Origin: a virus
Taxonomy: Duplodnaviria > Heunggongvirae > Uroviricota > Caudoviricetes
Strand: one strand, 5' to 3'
DNA: 64,000 nt
Virus record (IMG/VR): IMGVR_UViG_3300042691_010651
In this document: one piece after another, positions 28,253-39,800 of the stretch
Numbering within the stretch: position 1 is the stretch's first letter
Layout of the letters: every line of letters begins with the position of its first letter
The notes under the pieces: generated by a model
What the model saw: the letters and a program-made list of their open reading frames with translations, nothing else
What the model was told of the DNA's origin: nothing
Databases searched by the model: none
Position numbers and translations under genes: made by a program

Positions 28253-29094
28253 TGAAAAGAACACTAAAAAAATTTAAAGGTGGAGGTGCAGTTCCTTATG
28301 CTCAACTAGGACAAATTGGATCAGATTTAGTTAATAATATTTCTCCTCAAGATGAATTTGGTGTTCAAGATGATTTTGCTGCTGGAGCTTCTGGGGCTTT
28401 AAGTGGAGCTGGAACTGGAGCTGCAATAGGTTCAGTAATTCCTGGAATTGGTACAGCAGTTGGTGCAGCAGCAGGAGGAATTATAGGAGGAATAAGTGGA
28501 GTATTATCAAATAATAAAGCTAAAGAAGCTAAACAAAAAGAATTAAATAGAAGAAATTATATACAAACTCAAGAAGATAATGCTAAATTATCTATATATG
28601 ATACTACTGGATCTAATAATAATCAAATATATGCTAAATATGGAGGTAATATAACTAAATATTTTGATGGAGGTAATCTTAAACAATTATCTGATGGATC
28701 AGCAGAAGTAGAAGGTGCTTCACATGAAGAAGGAGGAGTAATGTTATCACCAGAAGTTGAAGTTGAAGGAGGAGAAACTTTACAAGGATTAGATCAAAAT
28801 GAACCATTTGTATTTTCAGAAGAATTAGGATTTGCACAACTTCATAAGCCTATTGCTAAAGCAATTGGTAAGATGGAAAAGAAAGTACCTAATACAATTA
28901 CAAATAATAGTATTAGACTTCTTAAACAAAAAGAAGAAGCATTAAAGATGCAACAAGAAGAATTTAAAGAACAGTTTGGTTTAAAAGAATTAGGTGAATA
29001 TGCATATGGAGGTAGGATTCCACAAAATTCTAAAACTAAAGATTCTTCTAAATTTATTGTAGTAGATAATAGACTAATTAGAATAAAGAAATAA
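28252..29094 (+). CDS. glycine-zipper protein (280 aa) with hydrophobic GxxxG segment AIGSVIPGIGTAVGAAAGGIIGGISGVL
   Basis: Read directly. It could be a membrane-inserting tail or ejection component. Confidence 0.55.
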   Translation: MKRTLKKFKGGGAVPYAQLGQIGSDLVNNISPQDEFGVQDDFAAGASGALSGAGTGAAIGSVIPGIGTAVGAAAGGIIGGISGVLSNNKAKEAKQKELNRRNYIQTQEDNAKLSIYDTTGSNNNQIYAKYGGNITKYFDGGNLKQLSDGSAEVEGASHEEGGVMLSPEVEVEGGETLQGLDQNEPFVFSEELGFAQLHKPIAKAIGKMEKKVPNTITNNSIRLLKQKEEALKMQQEEFKEQFGLKELGEYAYGGRIPQNSKTKDSSKFIVVDNRLIRIKK

Positions 29095-29095
29095 T

Positions 29096-30535
29096 ATGAA
29101 CCAAAAAATTAGAAAATATAATAATCCAACTTTTACTGGTGTAAAGTCTAGTGATATAGTATATGCTGAAGGAGGAAATGTAGGTAAATCATTAAGAGAT
29201 ATTAATTTTACTTCTAGAGCAAATAAATTAAATTTTAAAACTGGTAATATTCAAGCAGGAAAATCTTTATCTGATTTAAATTTAACTAAATCTGTATCTG
29301 GAAAACCATATACTAAGGTAGGTAAATGGCAACCTACTCAAAAAGAAAAAGATTTTCTTGCAAGTAAAGAAGGTAATAATTCATTTACTGATGTTGCTGA
29401 TTCATTAATTCCTTATGCTAGTAATATATCTAATGCTCTTAGGAAGTTACCTAAACCTATTGCATCAAGAGCTGAGTCTACAATATCTCCTAATTTAGTA
29501 AATTTAGATGCAGCACGTACTAATATAGATAATTCTCAAAGAAATTTAGATAGAGAAACTGATTATAGAGTATCAAATCCAGCAGTAGCTCAAGCAATTA
29601 AAGCTGCTACTTTTGAAAAAACTGTAAATGCTAAAAATCAATTAGCTCAAGAAGAAACTAATCAAAATGCTCAAATTAAAAATCAAACTAGTCAATTTAA
29701 TCAAGGTGTTATAGCTAGAAATATTCAAAGAGAGAATGAGTTTAACACTAATTTAGTTGGTAGAAATATTCAACAACAAAATTTATTATCTGATAATTTA
29801 GCTGATGTTGGAACAAAATTTCAACAACAAAAAGCTGATAACGCTGCAATAGAATTAGAAAGAGAAAAAAATTCTTATCTTCCTGATTTCTATGAAAAAA
29901 ATACTTCTGGAACTTCTGTATATGATAGACTTAAAGCAAAAAGAAGTAAAAGAGGATATGCTTTAGGAGGAGAAGTTGATCCTGATCCTAAGAAAATACC
30001 ATGGAAAAAATCTAACGAAGTTCTTTTTCCTACTACATTTAAAGAAAACAATATATTAGACTCTGCTAAATACGATGGAGCTAAATTGTACAAAGCTCAA
30101 AAAGCTAAATTAAATAACTATCAAGGAATAAATGGTAAACCGTTATTTACTGGTGTTGCTCCAAATAGAGAAACTCCTATAAAAGAGTCACTAACTCAAG
30201 AAGAAATAGATTTAGTTTTAAATAAACCTTTTAATAGAGGAGCTACAGTAAATAAGAACTTTGCTGGAGATAATGGTTATTTAGGTGTAAAATTACGTGA
30301 ATACGATACAGAGAGAGGTACTGAATATGGTGCTGATGAATTTGTATTACGCAGAGATCCAGTTAAATCTGTAGCTAAACCAGTTCCTGTAAAGGTACTT
30401 AAACCTCATGATATAATGGGAAAAGAAACTAATGATCAAGGTCAATTTGCAACTCAAAGACCTATATCAGTTAGAAATAGTTCTACTCCTAAAATGAAAA
30501 TTAAAAGACTTGGTGGAAAATTAAAGAGATGTTAA
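29096..30535 (+). CDS. Asn/Gln-rich virion protein (479 aa)
   Basis: ATG start in the structural operon. Confidence 0.55.
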   Translation: MNQKIRKYNNPTFTGVKSSDIVYAEGGNVGKSLRDINFTSRANKLNFKTGNIQAGKSLSDLNLTKSVSGKPYTKVGKWQPTQKEKDFLASKEGNNSFTDVADSLIPYASNISNALRKLPKPIASRAESTISPNLVNLDAARTNIDNSQRNLDRETDYRVSNPAVAQAIKAATFEKTVNAKNQLAQEETNQNAQIKNQTSQFNQGVIARNIQRENEFNTNLVGRNIQQQNLLSDNLADVGTKFQQQKADNAAIELEREKNSYLPDFYEKNTSGTSVYDRLKAKRSKRGYALGGEVDPDPKKIPWKKSNEVLFPTTFKENNILDSAKYDGAKLYKAQKAKLNNYQGINGKPLFTGVAPNRETPIKESLTQEEIDLVLNKPFNRGATVNKNFAGDNGYLGVKLREYDTERGTEYGADEFVLRRDPVKSVAKPVPVKVLKPHDIMGKETNDQGQFATQRPISVRNSSTPKMKIKRLGGKLKRC

Positions 30536-30565
30536 TAAATATAATAAACTTAAATAAACTAAATT

Positions 30566-30862
30566 ATGCTTACACAAGAAATGTTACCAGAAAAAACTTT
30601 TACTTATAATAAGGAAAAGTACACAGTTATTCAAGGTTTCTTAGGAATAGGAGACATGAGTGATGAATTAAATCCTATTTTTAATAGTAATGGTATTTAT
30701 AGGTCATTTGTAATAAACAATGAAAAAAGAGGAGAAACTCCCTTAAAAGATTTATTTAATAATGTTAATATAGAACAAGATACTGTATTAGCTGAATTCA
30801 AATCTACTAATGTTCAAGAAATTTCTAATTGGATAGATTTTGTTAATAAAACTTACAATTAA
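30566..30862 (+). CDS. hypothetical protein (98 aa)
   Basis: ATG start preceded by an AAATAAACTAAAT leader. Confidence 0.5.
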   Translation: MLTQEMLPEKTFTYNKEKYTVIQGFLGIGDMSDELNPIFNSNGIYRSFVINNEKRGETPLKDLFNNVNIEQDTVLAEFKSTNVQEISNWIDFVNKTYN

Positions 30863-30872
30863 AATTTATAAT

Positions 30873-31103
30873 ATGTTAAAATTAAAAGAAAAAATTTTTA
30901 ATCATAGTTTCTTTTGGTCATACCAAGTTAAGTATATAGAAAATCAAATTCAAATTGTTTGGTCTAATAAATTTCTAAATGAAATATCAACATTTAATTA
31001 TAAAGGTTTGACTAAAGAAAAATCTTTTATGGAGTTACAAGAACGTAGATTTCACAATGGTTTACCAATGGAAAGTTTTAGAATGGTAATTATAAATGAA
31101 TAA
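30873..31103 (+). CDS. hypothetical protein (76 aa from the first ATG; the track start at 30840 is a TTG)
   Basis: MLKLKEKIFNHSFFWSYQ... Confidence 0.4.
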   Translation: MLKLKEKIFNHSFFWSYQVKYIENQIQIVWSNKFLNEISTFNYKGLTKEKSFMELQERRFHNGLPMESFRMVIINE

Positions 31104-31105
31104 TT

Positions 31106-32884
31106 ATGGCAGAATTATATGATCAAGTAAGACAAAGTAATTCAAAATATGTACCTCAATTTGTGGGTAGTAATTTTGATACTTTAAAAAGTCTAGGTGA
31201 TACTTTACAAGATCGCTATAATAAGAATTTAGATATATCTAATGCATTAGCTATTCAAATGGCTAATGATCAATATTTAGAACAAGATCAAGCTATTGGA
31301 GAAAAGCATTATAATCAATTTTCAAAAGCTATTGACGAAATAGCTGGTTCAGATGATAGTTTTGAAAACTCATCTAACATAGTATCTCAATTAGTAAAGA
31401 ACTACGGATCAGATAGAGATAGAATTGCTGCATTAGATAATAAAAAAATATACGAACAATATATTTCAGAGAAACAAAGGCTTGGAGAAAAAGCATTAGA
31501 TTTTACAAGACCAGAAAACTTTAAAGGTACAGTAAATGAAGATGGTACTTATAATCGTTTTAGTTATGATGTACAAGAAAGATTAGATTATGATAAACCT
31601 AAAGAAGCATTATTTAATCAAATAGAAGCTAGTTATAATGAAGGTGAATTATCTCAAGATAAAAATAATCCTGAGTTCTTACAAAGTATAACTAGAGGAG
31701 GTATATCTTCACAAGATATTAAAAACAAATATTTAAATCCTGCAATTCAGAGATATAGAGGAACTAATGAGTATAGACAAGAAAAAAGAAAGTTACAAGA
31801 ACTTGATGGTCTTACATCAGAACAAGCAGATAAAGAAATTGAAAAATCTATACTTGCTACTGGATTAGAAAAAGTATATGGCTTCTCAAAAAGAGATAGC
31901 CAGAGACATAGTGAGTTTTATTTATCTAATCAAGGAAAAGTATTAACTGATAATGATGGAAGTAAATATGAATTATCACAAAGTGTAGAAACAAAAATTC
32001 CTATTATTAGTAAAACAAAACTAGGTTCTGATCCTGTACAAACACAAGCAAATAATAATATTATAGGAGGACTTGCACCTATAAATAGTAGAAGTGCTCA
32101 AACATCTGGTAAAGCATTTAATGCAGAAAAAGCATATACTAATTTAGATGCTAATGAGAAAACTAAGTTTGATAGAATATTAAAAACATTTAGTCCAGAA
32201 ACTAAACCTAATTCTAAGGAAGCATTTAAGATAGTAAATGATTATATTAAGCAAGTAGAAACAAAAGAAGCAGATGAAAATACACCTATTATAAAAGCTG
32301 CTCCTGATACATATAAACCTGGATTTGATTATACAGCAGTTGGAGCATCAGGTAAAAGTTTAGGACAGAAAGCTACAGATGATTTAAAAATATCATTTAA
32401 TAATAGAGTATTTTATAACCCAACTACAGGAGAAAAAATATCTGGTTCTGATCCTAAGTTCCTAAAAAAGATAAACGAGCAATTTGATACTGATTTTGAT
32501 ACAGTAAAAGATTTTCAAAATGCAATAGATATTAAAGGTGAGTATTCTCCTAAGAATAGATTTACTGTAATAGCTGGAAATGAAGCTTTTGCAAATCCTT
32601 ATGCTGCTGTTTTAAATGGTAAAGATTTAGCAGTAACAAGAGAAGCTAGTTACTACAATAGTTCTGATGCTCAAAAATCAGCATTAGTAAATAAAGCTTA
32701 CAATGCTATGAAAGAACTTCCTGGAATTGTAAACAATGTAGATATTGCAGGTATTAACTTTGAGATACAAGAAACTCCAGAAGGTAGAGTTATTTTAAGG
32801 ACAGACAATCCTGATTTTGTAAAAGAACATGGAAAAGAAGTATCTCTAGATGATGTTACTCAGATAGCTTTATTTTTTAAATAA
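31106..32884 (+). CDS. virion internal or ejection protein candidate (592 aa), first of three consecutive very large genes
   Basis: ATG start. Translationally coupled (ATGA) to the 1304-aa gene. Confidence 0.6.
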   Translation: MAELYDQVRQSNSKYVPQFVGSNFDTLKSLGDTLQDRYNKNLDISNALAIQMANDQYLEQDQAIGEKHYNQFSKAIDEIAGSDDSFENSSNIVSQLVKNYGSDRDRIAALDNKKIYEQYISEKQRLGEKALDFTRPENFKGTVNEDGTYNRFSYDVQERLDYDKPKEALFNQIEASYNEGELSQDKNNPEFLQSITRGGISSQDIKNKYLNPAIQRYRGTNEYRQEKRKLQELDGLTSEQADKEIEKSILATGLEKVYGFSKRDSQRHSEFYLSNQGKVLTDNDGSKYELSQSVETKIPIISKTKLGSDPVQTQANNNIIGGLAPINSRSAQTSGKAFNAEKAYTNLDANEKTKFDRILKTFSPETKPNSKEAFKIVNDYIKQVETKEADENTPIIKAAPDTYKPGFDYTAVGASGKSLGQKATDDLKISFNNRVFYNPTTGEKISGSDPKFLKKINEQFDTDFDTVKDFQNAIDIKGEYSPKNRFTVIAGNEAFANPYAAVLNGKDLAVTREASYYNSSDAQKSALVNKAYNAMKELPGIVNNVDIAGINFEIQETPEGRVILRTDNPDFVKEHGKEVSLDDVTQIALFFK

Positions 32885-35800
32885 TGGGAAAAAAGTTAAG
32901 TTTAAAAAGTAAGGCAGAACTACAATCAACATTTAATCAAGATGTTGATCCACTATTAGCTACTTCTGAAAAAGTAGGTAATACTCAATCTATATATGAA
33001 AAAACTCAATATGATAAAGGTTATTTACCTGCATATGGAGATTTAGATGGATATAAAGCTAGACAACAACCTGCTATAGATCAAGTAGGTAATACTTTAC
33101 TTAGAATAGTTCCTGCTATTGGATTAGATATATTAGAAACTACAGGAGATATAGTAGAATTATTTGATAGAGATGACACTAAAGAATATACTAATGCTAT
33201 TACAGAATTAGCAAAAGAAGGTAAAAAGAAATTAGATAAAGATTTTCTTGGAGGACTAAAAAATTATCAAGAAACTCCATCAAATGAATTTGCACCTTTA
33301 TCTGATTCTGGATGGTGGGTTAATCATGCAGAAGGATTAATAACATCTATTGCTTCTTTTGGTTTAACTGGAGCAGGTATAGGAGGTGCTTTAGGTAAAG
33401 GAGCAAAATTATTAAATGGAACTATTCAAAATATTATAAAAACAACTAAAGGAGCAGAAGCTATTGCAAAAACTACACAAGGTTTAGCTCAATTAGGTAC
33501 AGCAGCAGGTTTGACTCATGCAGAAGCAGTTAGATCAGGAGCAGATGTGTATAGTAAATTAAAAGATGATATTATAAATAATGGATATGATTATGGTGAT
33601 GGAATTAAAGTTCCTGTACCAGAACAAGAAGCTATAAGACTTGCATCAGAAGGTGCTGCAAATACTTATAATTTTAGTTTTAATACTAATTTACTTCTTA
33701 ATATTACATCTTTAAATCCTGTTTTTAAATCATATAGTAATTTAAGTCAATCTGCAAAATCTCAATTAATAAGAGGTAATAAAGAAAATCTTAGTGATTA
33801 TGTTAAAAGATTAACTTTGTTAGAAAAAGAATTACCTAAACAAGCAAGTACATTAGGTAAATTAGCTAGAGAATCTGGGCAAGAATATCTAGAAGAAACT
33901 AATACTTTAGTTGGTGAAAAAATAGGTTTAGAACAAACTAAAGGAGCTAAAAGAAAAAGTAATAGTGATATATATTTAAATACATTAGCATCAGAAGAAG
34001 GAGCTATAACAGGTATATTAGGAGCTATAGGAGGTATAGGACAAACTGCTGGATTAGAGTTTGTTCCATATAAAACTTATGAAGATGAAAATGGTAAAAC
34101 TCAAAGAGTATCTGCTTATCAATTAGAGGGAATAGAAAAACAGAAATATCATAAAGAAACTATATCTACTTTAAAAACAGATATAGAATATCTTAGAAAG
34201 AATCAAGAAGATTTAAATACAGCAATTAAAAATGATGATAGAGTAGGTGCAGAAGTAGCTAGAAATAATCTATTTAATATTGCAGCACTTAAATCTATAA
34301 GAACTGAAACATCAGAAGAACTAAGTAAAGAAATTGCAAGTATTGCATCTGTAGATAATACTATAATTAGAGAGAATGGAAAAACAGATGCTCAAAATCA
34401 AGGTCTTGCAGATAATGTAGATGATAATCAATATAAAGAAACAGCAGCTAAAAAAGCAATTGATCTTAGACAATTAAATAAAGAGTTTAGAGATTTAAAT
34501 GCTATTATACAAGACCCTCATGTAGCATCAGAAGCATTTAGAAGAAGATTAGATGTATATTCACTAGAATCAACATTAACAGATTTAACAAAAGCTTCTC
34601 AAAATAAGGAGCTAAATCTTAATGTTAATTTTCCAATTAATCAAATAGATGCTGCAAAATACAAAGCAGAAACCTTAGCATATCAAAGTGCAGTACTTTA
34701 TCAAGAAGCAAAAGGTGATAAAAAATCTGCTGATCTTCTTAGATCGGAAAGTCAAATAGTAACATCTCTTTATAGTGATTTAGTAAAAGAGAATCCTAAT
34801 TTAGATAAAGAACTAGAATCTAAGATTGGTGTACTTGCTCCATTAGCAAAAGATTATGCAAATCAACTTGTTGCTAAACAAGAAATTAATAAAGCAAAAG
34901 ATAATTATTCTAAGATATTAAACGATCCAAAGAAGTTTAAAAAAGAAGTAATTGATCCTGCTATCAAAGAGTTAACAAAAGAGAAAGAAAGAAAAGAGAA
35001 AGAGCAAAAAGAAGCAGAAGTCAAAGCTAAGAAAAAAGCAGATTATGAAGAAGCTAAATTAAAAGCAGATCAAGAGAAAAGAACTAAATTAAGTGAACAA
35101 ATAAATAATGTTCAAACTGAAAAAGATTTAGATGCTTTTTTAGAAGAATCAGATAAAAATAATTTAACTACTCCAGAAATTATTGATCAAATTTCTAAAA
35201 AAAGAGAAGAACTTAATAAACAAAACAATGAAGAAAATACTCAGAAAGTTGACAATGTTATTGAAGAAGTTCAAAAAGATGCAGAAGTACAAGATAAAAC
35301 GTTAGCAGTAGATCAGCTTTCTAATCTTACTCCTATATCTGAAATCTATGTACCTCCTACTGAAAAAGAAAAACAAGAACAAGAAAATATTATAAACGAA
35401 CAATTAAATAAACAAGAAACTCTAACTACAGAAATTTATGGTAACCACAACAAACTTGCTTACGAAGCTCAAGAACAAGATCAAGAAGGAAACACTATTG
35501 ATAGTACCATTATTAATGATAATTACAAAATATTACATGATAATACCATCTCCGTTGGTACAGAGTTAACTCTTAAAATTGATACAGATTCTCCTTTCTA
35601 TGAAGCAAATAAAGATGATATAAACACAGTACCAATAGGAGTTTATTATAAAGAAAAACTTATAGGTTATTTACCAACTTATAGAGGACAAAATAAACAA
35701 CTAGTATTTGCAAGAAATTTTATCTTTAAAAATAAAGAAGTTAAAGATACAGTTGGTAGAAAAACAGCAGGAGTTTTAAATATAGGAGAAAAAGCTTTAG

Positions 35801-36798
35801 TTGCAGATAACTTTTCTTTTACTCCTGATTTTCTAATAGGAAGAAATGAACAGTTTGAAGATAGTTTAAATAGTATTTATGACAAAGAAGAATTATTAAA
35901 TAAACAAGGTTCAAGATCAGGTTATCTATATACAATGACTCCAACTCCTGATGGTAAGCAAATAGCTTTACCTGTTGATATTGATAGAGTTGATTCTGAG
36001 ATAGTAGATTCATTGATGAAAGCTTTTAATTTATTCTTTAAAAAAGGAAAGAAAGGACAAGAATCTAAATTGACAGAAGAAGAACAACAACTAGTTGTTA
36101 AAATTCAAAATGAATACGATCAAGATATAACTACTCCACAAGGATTATCTTGGTATTTTAATCAATGGTTTACAGCAACAGACTTATCAAGTACTGATAA
36201 AGGAGAAGCTAATGTTGAAAGAATTAACCAAGATTTAAGAAGTAATAACAACTATCTTGAATTAGTATCTGGAGGACTAAAAATATTATCTAATCCATCT
36301 GTACAGAATGGACAAAGTGGTAAACCTTTATTTTATGGAGCTAATGATATTACTAATGAAGGTAAAAGAAATAGAGTTATTGCTTTATTAAATAATACTT
36401 TCTATAGAGCAGATTTAACTAAGATAAATAGTAAAAGAGAATTTAAAGTTCCTATATTAAATACAAAAGATAATAATGTAATTGAATATAAAAAGAAAAG
36501 TTATAATGAGCACTTATCTTCTATATCAAGAACTAATGTAATAGCTGTTAACATAGGTAATAATAAACAAACAGTATTTGTACAACCTACAATTAACTTA
36601 AACTTTGATTTCTTGAAAGAGTCACAGTCAAAAGAAAATTTGGATTTTACAACTGAAAATGGACAAAAATTTGTATCTTTAACCACAAATAAAAAAAGTG
36701 GTCTTAATACTTTAGATGAATTTGAAGCTGATGAATTTCAATCTGAAAATCCTACAGAAGAAGAATCTAAAGAATATAAAGATAGATGTAAACCTTAA
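32884..36798 (+). CDS. large virion ejection or tape-measure-like protein (1304 aa) with Gly-rich hydrophobic segments and a long charged coiled coil
   Basis: GWWVNHAEGLITSIASFGLTGAGIGGALGKG and TGILGAIGGIGQTAGL segments. KE-rich helix around residues 690-760. Confidence 0.65.
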   Translation: MGKKLSLKSKAELQSTFNQDVDPLLATSEKVGNTQSIYEKTQYDKGYLPAYGDLDGYKARQQPAIDQVGNTLLRIVPAIGLDILETTGDIVELFDRDDTKEYTNAITELAKEGKKKLDKDFLGGLKNYQETPSNEFAPLSDSGWWVNHAEGLITSIASFGLTGAGIGGALGKGAKLLNGTIQNIIKTTKGAEAIAKTTQGLAQLGTAAGLTHAEAVRSGADVYSKLKDDIINNGYDYGDGIKVPVPEQEAIRLASEGAANTYNFSFNTNLLLNITSLNPVFKSYSNLSQSAKSQLIRGNKENLSDYVKRLTLLEKELPKQASTLGKLARESGQEYLEETNTLVGEKIGLEQTKGAKRKSNSDIYLNTLASEEGAITGILGAIGGIGQTAGLEFVPYKTYEDENGKTQRVSAYQLEGIEKQKYHKETISTLKTDIEYLRKNQEDLNTAIKNDDRVGAEVARNNLFNIAALKSIRTETSEELSKEIASIASVDNTIIRENGKTDAQNQGLADNVDDNQYKETAAKKAIDLRQLNKEFRDLNAIIQDPHVASEAFRRRLDVYSLESTLTDLTKASQNKELNLNVNFPINQIDAAKYKAETLAYQSAVLYQEAKGDKKSADLLRSESQIVTSLYSDLVKENPNLDKELESKIGVLAPLAKDYANQLVAKQEINKAKDNYSKILNDPKKFKKEVIDPAIKELTKEKERKEKEQKEAEVKAKKKADYEEAKLKADQEKRTKLSEQINNVQTEKDLDAFLEESDKNNLTTPEIIDQISKKREELNKQNNEENTQKVDNVIEEVQKDAEVQDKTLAVDQLSNLTPISEIYVPPTEKEKQEQENIINEQLNKQETLTTEIYGNHNKLAYEAQEQDQEGNTIDSTIINDNYKILHDNTISVGTELTLKIDTDSPFYEANKDDINTVPIGVYYKEKLIGYLPTYRGQNKQLVFARNFIFKNKEVKDTVGRKTAGVLNIGEKALVADNFSFTPDFLIGRNEQFEDSLNSIYDKEELLNKQGSRSGYLYTMTPTPDGKQIALPVDIDRVDSEIVDSLMKAFNLFFKKGKKGQESKLTEEEQQLVVKIQNEYDQDITTPQGLSWYFNQWFTATDLSSTDKGEANVERINQDLRSNNNYLELVSGGLKILSNPSVQNGQSGKPLFYGANDITNEGKRNRVIALLNNTFYRADLTKINSKREFKVPILNTKDNNVIEYKKKSYNEHLSSISRTNVIAVNIGNNKQTVFVQPTINLNFDFLKESQSKENLDFTTENGQKFVSLTTNKKSGLNTLDEFEADEFQSENPTEEESKEYKDRCKP

Positions 36799-36807
36799 TC
36801 TACATTA

Positions 36808-39800
36808 ATGAAAGCTTGTCCTAATACTAATTCTCTAGAATGGAAGTTATTAGAAAAGAAAGCAGGATTGTATGATGCTGCTTTTGATCTTTTTATACAA
36901 AATGGAGAAGAAACTCCTTCTATTGAACAAATAGAAGAATATTTTAAAGGTAAGGAACTTATACCTACTGATAAAGAAGGTTTAATTACTTATCTTAAAT
37001 CTAAGAAAGCTCCTAATGGAGCTAATCTTTTTAGAGAAGAAGAAGGACAACTAAAAATTGTAAATAAGAAAGGATCAGACTATAATCTATCTAATGCTTA
37101 CAAAGTACTAGGTAGTATCAATTCTCAATTTCCTGGAAAAGTAAAATTATCTAAAGATAGATTTGGTAAAATAGTTGTATCTGTTATAGAAGGTCAATTA
37201 CCTTTATTTGATCTACCATCTACTAACACTACAAACAATCTATTACTTCCAGGATTTAAATCTTTCTATCAACAAAAAGAAGTAGTAGATGTTTTATCTA
37301 GTAGTGTTTTAGCTTACTATAGAGATAACAAACAAGAGAAATTATTGTATAGTAAAGCTATTGAATCAATTAAACAGAATATAACAGATATAAACAAATC
37401 TGATCCTAGAGAAGTTTATCAATTAATACTTAATAATTTAGATGCTTTATCTTTAGAAGTTAGAGATAAGCTACAAGCATTAAGATTAATAGCAAAACCT
37501 AAATTAGAAGGAACATCTTTAGATAAATCTACGGAAGTTACAGAAGATGAAGAAGGAGTTGAAGGAGCAGAAGTAGTAGGTTCACAAGGTCAAGATGAAT
37601 GGGTATTTCAATATGACTCAAAAGATAATGCATTAGAAGCTATTAAAAAGTTTTTAGCATTTATTCCTAAAACAGTTTATAACAAATCAGATGATAGTTT
37701 TAAACTTGTTGAAAGTATAATTCCTAAGCAACCAGTCTTTTTATCATACGATGAAGTATATGAACAATTAAAATCTGTACTTGCTGGAGTAGATAATACT
37801 TGGGAAGCTATGGAAGAAGAATTAAGGTTAAATGCAAAAGGTAAACCTTTTATTAACACCTTATTGAAAAAGATAAACAATTATAAAGAAGATAAAGAAC
37901 AACTAAAACGTCAATTTGTATCTACCATGAGTTCTTCTTATGGTAACTTTAAAACTATAATTGTAAAAGATAGAACAGATAGAGAAGGAAATATACTTGG
38001 TCAATATTTTAATGTAATAGATACTGATAGAACTTCTATTGAAAAAACTATTATATCTAAATGGCAAGGAGATTTCAAAAGATCAAATCTATTTGATGAA
38101 GTAGATGGAGATTTGATTTTATCAAAAGAGAAGGTAGAAGAATATCGTAAGAGATTAAAAGAAATTAAAGAAGAACCTACATTAGAAAATGTAAAAGAAG
38201 TATTAGAAAAGATAGGTATTACTATTTCAGATAATACTTTAGATAGATTAGTAAATGGAGTTGTAAATAGATTATCAATTAATCAACAATTTACTTCTGA
38301 TTCAGGTTTATTTAAATTAATTGATCTTAGATTAGGAGCTAAAGAAGTAAAAGAAGGAGAAGATGAATTTAACGAATTAGATGAAGAAACAATTGTTAAT
38401 GATCCTACTGTAAACAATTCAGCAATAAGAGCATTAGCAAAATTAGATTCTTATAATAACGAAAGCTATTACTCTAATACATTTAAAGATGGAGAAGGTA
38501 ATACAGTTTATTCCTATACATTTAATAAATTCTTAACTAAAGAATTTAACAAGATACTTAATGATGATAATCATGTAAAATCATTATTAGATATTACTTT
38601 TAACAAACCGATATTTAACGGAGAAACTCCTATATATGATACTTGGTTATATTTAAGAGATACTAAACCAGAATTATTTAAAGAGATATTTACTATTTCA
38701 CCTTTAGATACTTTAAAAGTAGGTAAAGATGGAACTAAGTTAAGTTCTATGTCAGACTTAGACTTAGAAATAACTCAACTTGCTTTAATGCAAAATTCTG
38801 GAAGTAGAAAGAAAGGTCTTGGAGGAGAAGATACAAAAGGAACTAGAATCATAAAATATCTTATAACTGTTCCTGATAAAACTACATCTTATGTAGTACA
38901 AGGAACTGGAATAGATGTTAAATTATTTTTTGATAAAGAAGGATATAGAATAGGAAAGAGAACAATAGATGCGTTATATTCTGTAGTAGCATCTGAGCAC
39001 AATCGAATACTTTCTCAACAAGCAAGAAAAAGTGAAAACAAAGCATACAATAAAGGTTCTAATTTTTTCTTTTTCTTTCCTACATTAAATGATCTAATAT
39101 TTAATAAAGATGAAAATGGTAAAAAAACTACAGTTAAATTACCTACTGATAAAATAGGAGATAAGACAGTAGAACAAATCATAAAAGAAGAATTAAATCG
39201 CATCATAAAAAATGATGTATCTAACAAATTACAACAATGGAAAGAATTAGGTATTAGTTCTCAAACATTAAAGTTAGTAGATTATAATTACTTACAAAAG
39301 ATACTTGCTTCTCAAACAGATGATCAAAATAATCAATTAACATTAGCTGCTGCTGATTATATTGTTAATAGTATATTAGCTAAATTTAATTCTCATCAAA
39401 CTTTTATTGATGATCCTGCTGTTTATTTCAAAACTGATGTAGCTACAACTTGGGATAACGTTGGTAAAAGATTAACTAATCTTATCGCACCTTTTAAAGA
39501 AGGTATGATAGATTCAACTAATAAATATTTTTTATCTGTAAAATTAGCTGATATAGAATCATCTGCATTAAACAATGCACAACTAGCTGCAAGATTGTCA
39601 AAATATTATGAAGATAATAATATTGGACTTCCTTACGATGCTATTAAAGGAACAGATGCTCAAGAATATATTACTTTAACTGAAAAATTAAAAGTAATGT
39701 ATATGTATGGAGAAATCTCTACTAAATTATATAATGATCTATTAGAGAAAATCAAAACTCAAGGAAATAATTTAGTACTTACAAAAGATGAATTAGAAAA

